Positions 9,797-19,700 of a stretch of DNA of 64,000 nucleotides are shown piece by piece (the first letter of the stretch is position 1; each line of letters begins with the position of its first letter). The notes beneath the pieces are model-generated. The model saw only the letters and a program-made list of their open reading frames with translations. It did no database searches and was not told the DNA's origin. The stretch is from a virus. Location of the stretch: positions 1-64,000 of the IMG/VR virus record IMGVR_UViG_3300034418_009484, one strand, 5' to 3'. The position numbers and the translations under genes were made by a program.

Positions 9797-10687
9797 ATGA
9801 GTTCTAAGATTGAAAAGAAAAAAGAAAAAAGAGATTTTGAAGTTGATGGTGTTAAGTATTCTGTAATAAGACCTAATATTCAAATTTTAACAGGAGCAAA
9901 TAAGATTAGAAGGGAAACTTTTAATCAAGAGCTTGAGGCTGGTTCTTTACTAAGAGATCAGCTTGAAGAAGAGCTTCGCAAAAGAGAGCTTTGGAGTGAT
10001 GAAAGAGAAGCTAATTATCAAAGGCTTAGGGTAGAGATAGTAGATAGAGAATATAAATTGGCTGCTGGTGGTATAAAGCTTTCAGAAGCAAAGCAATTAG
10101 CATTGGAAATGAAACAAAAACGAGAAGAAATGGTAGAGCTACTATCTTCTAGAACAGATTTGGACTCAAACACTTGTGAAGGACGAGCAGATGCAATGAG
10201 ATTTAATTATCTTTTTGCTAATTGTTTGGTGTATTCAGATAGTGGAGAAAAGTATTTTAAGAATGGCTTAAATGACTATCTTTTAAATCAAGAAGATTTG
10301 GTTGGTTTGGTTGGAGCATCGGAATTCTTTTATCTGATTTCTGAGACAGATCAAGTTGATGATAAATTACCTGAAAATAAATTTTTAAAACAATTTAATT
10401 TTGTAAATGAAAAATATCAACTAGTTGATAAAGAAGGTAGATTGGTCGATCAAGAAGGTAAACATATTGATGAAAATGGAAATCTTATTGAATGGTTGAA
10501 TGATAAAGATTTTATTTATGTTGATATAAATGGTAGACAACTAGATGATGATGGCAACTTTAAAGTTGAATTTTCTCCATTCCTAGATGACGAAGGCAAT
10601 CCTATTGGATTAGAAGAAGATAAAACTGTAAAAAAAACAACGGCACGACGAAAAAAAACATCTCCTAAAAAAGAGGAAGTAGTTTAG
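9797..10687 (+). CDS. Putative tail assembly chaperone
   Basis: Directly upstream of TMP; acidic, coiled-coil, with DxxG short repeats near the C-terminus. Confidence 0.5.
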   Translation: MSSKIEKKKEKRDFEVDGVKYSVIRPNIQILTGANKIRRETFNQELEAGSLLRDQLEEELRKRELWSDEREANYQRLRVEIVDREYKLAAGGIKLSEAKQLALEMKQKREEMVELLSSRTDLDSNTCEGRADAMRFNYLFANCLVYSDSGEKYFKNGLNDYLLNQEDLVGLVGASEFFYLISETDQVDDKLPENKFLKQFNFVNEKYQLVDKEGRLVDQEGKHIDENGNLIEWLNDKDFIYVDINGRQLDDDGNFKVEFSPFLDDEGNPIGLEEDKTVKKTTARRKKTSPKKEEVV

Positions 10688-10705
10688 GAGAAGTTAACTT
10701 TGGGT

Positions 10706-10747
10706 AAGCGATCTTTTTTGATTATTAATCAAGATGGGTCGCTTTTT
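10706..10747 (+). terminator. Terminator/attenuator-like hairpin before the TMP gene
   Basis: AAGCGATCT..TTGATTA / TAATCAA..GGGTCGCTT stem ending in a T5 run. Confidence 0.6.
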
Positions 10748-10766
10748 GCTTATGAGGTAATATAAA

Positions 10767-13700
10767 ATGGCTTTTAATATAAATGCACAGGTTGTTCTAA
10801 GCGGTCCTAAAAATATAAAGACCGTAAGAAGTAATATAAAAAAACAATTATCTGGAATAACAACAAATGTAAAAGTTGATTTAAGTAAAGCTGCAAATAC
10901 AAATTTATCTAACTTAAATAAACAGCTAAAAACAACAAATTCTATATTAAAGCAAGTTGCTTCAAGCGCAACGACTGCTAATAAGCAAATATCTAGTCTT
11001 TCCAAAGGTATAAATCAAGCTTCTACTAGTGCTGGTAATTTAGGTAGAAATGCCAATAACCTATCAAATTCTTTTAATAATGTTACTAAGTCTGTTGCTC
11101 AATCTAGGGGAGAAATAGAAAATTTTGGTAGGGATGCTGCACTAGCTATTCGTAGATTCTCTGCTTTTACTATTGCTACTGGCGCTGTATTTGGATTTAT
11201 CAGAGCAGTAAAAGAAGGTATTAAAGACTCAATTGAGTTTGAAAGACAATTATCTAGAATTGTTCAAGTTACTGGAGCAACAGATAAACAAATCAAAGGT
11301 TTAGAGTCAACTATTGATGGATTGGCAGCAACTTTAGGTTTAAATTCAAATGAATTAGCAAAAACTTCTGTTACGTTGGCGCAAACTGGTCAGACAATAG
11401 ATCAGGTAAGAAAGTCTTTAACTGCTATTAGTAAAGCTAGTTTAGCACCTACATTTGGTAATATTCAAGATACCACAGAGGGTGTTATCGCTGCTCTAAA
11501 TCAATTTCAGATTAGTGCAGATAGAACAGAAGCGGTTCTTGGTTCTTTGAATGCTGTTTCTAAAAGATTTGCTGTTGAATCTGAAGATTTGATTTCTGTT
11601 ATTCGTCGTGCTGGTGGTGTTTTTGCTACTGCTGCTGGAGATATTGCAGAACCAGAAAAGGCTCTTGCTGAACTTGTTGGTATTTTTACTGCTGTAAGAT
11701 CTACGACTAGAGAAAGTGCAGATACTATTGCAACTGGTCTTAGAACTATCTTTAGTAGAATTCAAAGAAAAGGAACTATTGAATTTTTAAAGAACTTCAA
11801 TATTGAACTTACAAATGCCCAAGGTCAATTTGTAGGTTTCTTTGAAGGTTTTAGAAGAATTGCTGAAGGACTAAATGATATACAAAGAAGGGGCGATACT
11901 ATTACTCTGGGTAGAGTAGTAGAAGAATTGGGTGGTATCCGTCAAATTGGAAAAATCTTACCTGCTATTCAACAATTTACTAAGGCCGAAGAAGCTAGAG
12001 CAGTTGCTTTAGCCGGTACTGAAAGTATTACAAAAGATGTTGCTATTGCTACGCAAACATTAGCAGTTCAAATACAGCAGTTGCAAGCAAGATTTCAAAC
12101 GTTAATTAAAGATATTTCTCAGTCTACAACTTTTCAAAGATTAGCTTCTTTTGCTCTTAGTACAGCGAATGCATTTATTACTTTGGCAGATGCTTTAAGA
12201 CCTGTTATTCCTTTATTAACTACTTTTGCTACAATTAAAATTGGTGGAGCAGCATTAGAATTTGCTCAAGGTTTCGTTGGAGGTATTAAAAAGGGTGGTG
12301 GAGCAGGAGGTGTAGGCAAGGGCTTATCTGGCGCTATTACAGGTCAGGGTGGAGGTGGAGGTCAGCTTAATCTGAAACCTTTGCAAACTGCCTTAACAGC
12401 AAATACAAATAGTGTTAATACTAATACTAGCTCTGTAAATCAAAATACAAACTCATCAACTACTTTAACTACTTCTGTAAGAACTTTAGATTCCAGTGTA
12501 AAAGCTTTAACAACAGCTATTAGTAGATCTAGCCTTACTGGTGGCGGCGGTACTTTAGGAAGAAGAAGAAGGGCTTTGGGTGGATCTATACCAAGATTCC
12601 AAAAGGGTGGTTTTGTAAATGGGCCTGGACACGCTCAGGGTGGTGTTATAGCGGAGCTTGAAGGTGGTGAATTTGTTGTTCCTAAAAAACAGGTTCAGAA
12701 ATTTGCAAGAGGTGGTAAAAAATCTAAGCTTAATAAAAAGAATGCTTATATATTTGATTTTGACGATACTCTTGCTACTACAGAAGCTAAAGGGTTTAAA
12801 GAATTTAGCGATCCTAAATTTGTTAAAAGTGCATCTGCAACAAGATATGCTTCTTTAGCAAAACGTAGGGCTTCACAAGGCGATGATATACATGTTTTAA
12901 CTGCTAGGTTTGGTGGAGGTGGAATTAGAGAAGCTATTGCTGATTTTATGGCAAAGAATGGAATAGCAACAAAAAGTGTTATTGCTGTTGGTGGTGCGTT
13001 TCCAAAAGATAGAGAACCTGGGAAAAGACCTGGGACAACAAGAAAATTAAGTACTGCTTCAAAGAAAGCCAAAGTATTATCTAAACTTTCTAATAATTAT
13101 AATAAAATAACATTTCTTGATGATAATGCTGAAAATCTTATACAGGCAGCTAAGGTTAAAGGAGTTTCTTCTGTAGAAGCGAAAGAGTCAAAACTGTTTA
13201 AAAATAGAAAGGCTCTTGGTGGAATTATACAAAAGCTTGCTGTTGGAGGAAAAGTCAAGGCAGGCGAACTTAGAATTGGTGATATTTTAGACACTGGAGA
13301 AATTGTAAAAGCCGCTTTAAAAACAGGTAATCGACAGAGAAGAAAAATAAATCTAACATTAGAGAAAGATGGTGTTAGGAAAACAGAACGGGTTGAGTTC
13401 TCTAAGCTGTTTGGTTTAAAGAGCAGAGGAAAAGGTATATCTCCAATAAAACTTAATAGCGGGGGAATTATACAAAAGTTTGAACTTGGAGGTCTTACAA
13501 GAAATGCAGTAAGAAACCCCGGAAGAAACCCATTAAGCGATATTTTTCAGGTTAATCAAGCGGCTGGTGCTAAATTACCTATACAAAATACTAAACAATT
13601 TGGTTCTTTCTTAAAGAAAAAGTTCGGCAATAAAGTTTCTGCGGCAGATTTCGGAGAATTTTCACCCACCGAACAAAAAGCTCTAGTTAAAGAATTTAGA

Positions 13701-16700
13701 GGTGGAGAGTCAGCACCTAAACAACCTAAACAACCAAAACAACCAAAACAAGATGGAGATCCAGATAATCTTACTTCGATAAGTGGAAAACTAGGAAGGG
13801 GTCGTGGTGCTAGAATTGTAGGAGCGCAGATTCAAGGTGTTCCTTTTGGTGTTACGTTCTTAAATAACCCACCATCCAAATTGCAACAAACAATTAATGG
13901 TGTTTTGAAGGATGGTAACCAAACAGGAAAGTCTACACTAAACAAGCTTATTATAAAAGAGCTTCAAAGATTTGGTGGTCCTGCCACTAGAGATAAAACT
14001 AAAAGATTTGGAATAAAATCTGGCGCACAACTTTCAGCGCCAAACGCACAGATTGGAACTTTTAAATCTAATGGTAAAAAGGCTTTTGAAGATGAGGTAG
14101 AAGGTGGTATTCCTCCAATTTTTGAAAATGCTACTAGAAATTTCTTTGAATCTGCTGGTATTTCTGGTCCTGCACCTAAATTCTCCCTTAATCAACTTGT
14201 TAGTAAATCTGCCGTTGGTTCTATTACTGGTCAATTCTTTGAGGCATTTACTAGGTCTGTAGGTAATCAGCCTATTTTGACTGGCGCTCAAGATGATGCG
14301 GATGACATTTTTGATTTCAGATCAAAACCTCAAAATGCAGACGCACTTTTTACTAAATTTGCATTGCCAAATGAATTTAAGAATACAGGTAGTAGCACAG
14401 AAAATATTAGAAATGCTATTTCCAAATCTTTCTCTTTGCCCGGAACTTTGGTTGATTTTCAAACAGAAGTATTTAAATTAAATCAACAAAGTGCTAATAG
14501 AGGCGGCGAGATAAATAATGCCAATGCAATATTAACTCCCGGTGAGGCTGTATTCGGTGCTAAGAAAGCTTCTCAAATAGGAATTTCTAATTTAAGTAGG
14601 TTAAATAAAACAGGAGATGCTTCTGGGTTAAATATTTCTAACTCTGATTTTTCTATTGTTCCCGGTAGTGGAAATAGTGATACTGTTCCTGCAAGTCTTG
14701 AGCCTGGGTCTTTTGTTATTAAAAAATCTTCTACACAAGAAGGTTTGCAGACTTTTAATTCTGGTGGCAAAGTTCAAAGATTCCAAGGGGGTGGAAGTAA
14801 AGGTGGAGGTCTTGGTGGTGGTATTACTCAGTTGGCTTTGTTTGCTAGTTTTGCGGATTTGGGCGAAAGCGCTAATCAATTAATAACATTATTCTTTGGT
14901 TTAGAAACTGTTTTAGGTTTATTTGGAAAAGATCTTAGTGATTTAGGTAAGAGTTTTAAAAAACAAAACAAAGCTTTAACAGATTTGTCTTCTCAACAAA
15001 GAAAAGAAGCAAAAAAAGTTAGAGGAAGACTTAAAGCTCCTATTAGGGGAGCAAAAGTTAGCGGATTAACAGCTTCAGCATCTAGGGCAGCAAGATTAAA
15101 AGCAGTAAGATCTGTTAGAGGTACTGGTGGATTTGGAACCGCAGGAAGGTTTGGAAGAACTGCTGCTAAAATTGGTGGCAAAGGTGGTCTTGTTGCTATT
15201 GTTGCATCGCTTTTGGTTGATCCAATAACACAGGCCATAAAAACTGGTTTTGGAGAAGTAGAACTTGAAACGGGACAAAGAGGTTTTAGAGGCCCAGGAG
15301 GTTTAGAGACTGCTCAAGCTATTGGTACTGGCAGCGGTGCTGTATCTGGCGCTTTAGCTGGTGCTGGTTTAGGTATTGCTGGAGGTCCAGTAGGAGCTTT
15401 AATAGGGGGTATTGCTGGTGCTGCTGTTGGTGGTATAAAAGGATTTTTTGATGCAGCATCGGCTCAATTAGAATTTCAGGCTTTTGACCAATTTAATAAT
15501 GCTTTGGGTAAATCTACTGAATTAATAGATGAATTTAATAAAAATGCTAGTGTAGAAAATTTAGGTAAATTAAATCAAGCTACTGCTGAAGTGTTTTCAA
15601 GTTTTGAAAGATTAGCTAAAAATACAATTGAAGCAAGAGAAACATCATTTAGTAGTCAATTACTTGGTGGATTAGATACAAATATTTTTGATAGTTTCAG
15701 TACTGCTTCTGGTCTTTATGAAAAAAGTGTTTTTCTTTTTGATAAAGCTGCTCAGTTTTTTGGTCGTGGTACTAGCGATCTTGTTAAAAGTATTGAAAAA
15801 TCAGCAACAGCACAAAAAAGAGGTGGTTTGTTTGGTGATATTCTTGCTGGTATTGCACCTCGAATTGATAAAATAGCCAGTGCTAATATTAAAGGTATTG
15901 AAGCAACATTTAATGCTATACCTTTAGATCAATTAAAAGCCTTAGATTTTAACGATATTGATTCTTTAGATGCAGTAAAAGATCAACTAAAAGATCTTGG
16001 CGTTGAGGCGAAAGATGCTGAAATTGTTCTTGGAAATTTAGAAGCAGCTTTAACACTTCAAGGTATTAATGATATATCTTCTGAATTACCAGAGGCTGCT
16101 AGAAAAGCATTCTTAGGAGCGGCAAGTGAAGCTTTAGCAGCAGGAACTAGTATCGCTGATGCAGTAGAACTAGCATTTTCACCTGACCAATTAGTTAGAC
16201 TTGGAATAACCGCTGAGAATGCTAAACAAATAGTTGAACAATTAAATAATACAATTGGTGAAGAAGCAGTTGCTGAATTAATAGCTTATCAAAAAGAACA
16301 GGTTGAGCTTAGTAGAATTTTATCAGAAACTTCTAGGGAAATAGATGCTTTTGGTGCTGCGTTAAATTTATTGTCTGGTGGTATTGCTGGTATTGGTTCT
16401 GATTTTTCTACACTTCTTGGAAATATACAATCAGATCTTGATGCCAGTCTTAGTAATGATTTCACGGTAAGGAGACAACAAGCTCCTAATGTGTTTGAAA
16501 ATGTCACAGGAAGACTGCCTGATGAAATCAATAACGCCGTAAATAATTTAGGAAAGATTCTAAATACAGATGTATTAGATGGTGCTGGTAAAATTGTAAA
16601 CTTGCAAAATGAGTTACCTAGAGCATTAAAAGATACTGTTACTGCTTTAGCATCGCAAACTTCTGGAGGTATTAGTGGTGCTGGTCAATTTACAGACGAA

Positions 16701-19700
16701 CAAATATTAGATGAATTTAAAAATGCGATAACAGAATTTGATAAACTGCCATCATTTGTTCAGCAAAACCTTGAAGCTACTTTACGAGGCATCGTAGGTG
16801 GGAGTAGACAGGGAGAAGGAGGAAAAGGAGCAGTATCCTTACAGAAATTATTAGAAGAAGGTAATTTTGACCAACTAAATCAGATATCAGTAGAATTTGC
16901 TGAAAATCTTTCTGAAATACAAAGTGCTGTAAATGATTTTCAAAATGCTATTGCGCAAGGCGCTAATAATATTAAGAAAATTAATAATTTAAGATTAAGA
17001 ACTGACTTAGAAATTAACGCTAAGAGACAGTCTTTTGAAGATAGATTTGGTCAATTCTTGAATCAAACTGTTGACGAAAGAGCCAAGGCTGAGAAAAGAT
17101 TAAGAGATACTATTGATACACAATTGCGTGCTGGCACTGGTGGTCCTGGCATTGGTGCTGGAGGTATTGATGCTGATGCTTTAGCTAGAAGAAGGGAAAA
17201 ATTACTACAAACAAGAGATAATTTACAAAAGCAACTGGAAAATCCTGAACTTGGTCAAGCTGAATTTGATTCTTTAACTAAGGCTCTTGGTGATAACGCT
17301 TCTAAATTAGATGGTACAACAGCAGCATTAAAAACATTATCAGAAGATGTAACACAGCTTGAAGCTGTAGAAGGAGAATTAGCAAAGATACAAGAATCTA
17401 GATTAACAGGAAGGGAAAGAGCAAGACTATTTGCTTCTAGAGCGCAAGATGCATCAACTCCAGCAGAATTTGCCAAATTATTTCAAGATTTTCTTGCGCC
17501 AACAATTGCCATTGCTAAAGCACAACAGGGTGGTCCTATTGGTTTTGGAGAAGCTGCTGCTATATTAGGAGATCCGCAACAGATTAAAGATGTTTTTGGT
17601 TTTGATGATGCTCAAATAGAGTCTATATTAGCCGGAACAACACAGGGAATTGGTGATACTTTTGCTAATCTTTTAGCTTCATTTGGTGTCGGTAGAAATG
17701 CTGCTCCTATTGCTAGAGGTTTGTTTGGGGCTGGTGCTACAGAAGCGGGGTCTACTGCTAAAGAACAAGAACTTCTTGCCGAAGCTGCTAGGTTACAGCT
17801 TGAAAGAGAACAGGCACTTCTTGCATTAAGAGATCAAAATATAACTTCTGCCGAAACACTTCAGCAACAGTTTTCTGATCTTATTGGAACAACTTCTCAG
17901 TCTCTTACCAATCTTATTGCTAAGGCTCAAGAATTAAGAAGTTCATCTGTTATACCTCCTTCTGCTGGTTCAGAACAGCAAGCAGAACAAGATATAGCTC
18001 AAGTTTTTAGAAATGCAGTTAAACCTTTAGATAGTACTGGCGCTGAATTAAGTAATGCTGCTAGTAGTTTACAAAGAGCAGCACAGGCTATACAAGAGGC
18101 TGTTAAAGCGCCAGAAGTAAAACCTGTTAAAAAAATCAGTGAAACTGCTATAAATCAAAACATTCCTCCTTCGTTTCCGGTGTTACGACGTCAAAACGGA
18201 GGTTCTATATTTAAACCAAGAGGAACAGACACAGTTCCTGCCATGTTGACTCCTGGCGAATATGTAGTAAATGCAAAAGCTGTAAAAAAAGGATCGAATC
18301 TTCAGTTATTAAAAGATATAAATGATGGTAAGGTTACTATTCCAAAATTTGCTAAAGGTGGAATGGTTGGTTATTTTGATAGAGGGGCTTTAGTACCATC
18401 GGAAGATGAATTTATATTACAGGAATTAGTAAAGCGAGAAGACAAAAGTATTTTAGATGCGACTAAAACTATTCCTAATCTAAGAACTCCTTCGCGAGAA
18501 TCAGTTGAAAAGTCGGCTGCTGATAAATTATCAGAATTAAAAAGACAAGGGTTTAATCAAGATGCTAGCAAGCTTGCTGGTGTGTCAAGCAGTATTCAGA
18601 AAACTTCTGGGTCTTTCGGTTCAGGAACAGATGATAAACTTCTTGATTTTTTCACATTGTTAAATCAAATTTCTGCTCAAGAAATTGAACGTAAAGATAA
18701 AATAAGGAATTCAGCCGCAGGGGAACGCGCAACTGATCTTTTAAGCTTACCTTTAGAGCTACCCTTTCTTCCAGAAAAGATTTTTGAAACAACGACAGGA
18801 ACAGATCTACGTAAATTTTCACAAACTCTAGATCCATTCGCAGTGGATGAAGATCGAAATCAAAAAGGTATAAGAAGTCTAGCAAATAAATCTTCAGATC
18901 AGATTATAGGTGGGTTTGCAAATCTCGTTCAAGGAGGAATTAATAGCGTAATTGGTCGTGATCCAACCGATTTACTAGATCAGATTGATTTTGCTGCGGT
19001 GGGTCGTGGTGACGGTTCAGCAAGTTTTGACGATATACAATTAGCAGAAATACTTGAATTGCAAAAAAAGGCTGCTGAAGGTATTTTAAAAAGCAGGACC
19101 AGTTTGCAAAGCAATGAAAATTTAAGCAGTCTTAGTAATCTAAGACTTTTTGGGAACGACGAGGATTTTAGAGCGGCGGGTGGCACTTTTAAAGATAGTG
19201 GAGAAAGAAATATTTTACCCGAAGAAGAAGCTTTGTCTAATTTTTTAGCTATAAGAAGAAAGGCAGATCAAGATACACTTGCAGAATTTCGTAAAAAAAA
19301 TCCCACCAATATTGATCCTAATCTTATTATACCAGCAGGACAAACGCCAGAAGATTTTATACAAACTGATAGAGGCGATACAAGTGTAGCAGGTTTGCTA
19401 AAGAGGGCGCCAAATATTATTAGCAATGAAGGCATTAGAGATTCAATTTCAGGCTCAACACAACAGGAAAGGTTGGAGGCAGCGAAAAAAAGAAATGAGG
19501 CTTTCTTTGCTGATAAGAAAAAATTGGATACTACTAAAACAAAAAATACAAGCAAGTTTGGTGAGATGGGACAAAGCTTTGGAGAGGCTGCTCCTTTTCT
19601 AGAAAATGTTCAATCTGGTAGAATTTCTGGACTAGCCCCTTTAATACCATCACTGCCTCGTTCACAATTTAGCAATGATGAGAAGTATCAAGATTATAGG

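Noticed and set aside
10628-10660. A8 runs near the end of the chaperone gene as a G/GT-type programmed frameshift
   Set aside because: No substantial alternative-frame ORF lies before the TMP; the runs are explained by Lys codons.
13251-13448. Intein/Hint domain in the TMP
   Set aside because: Only a short A.eL..GD resemblance; too short and no splicing residues.
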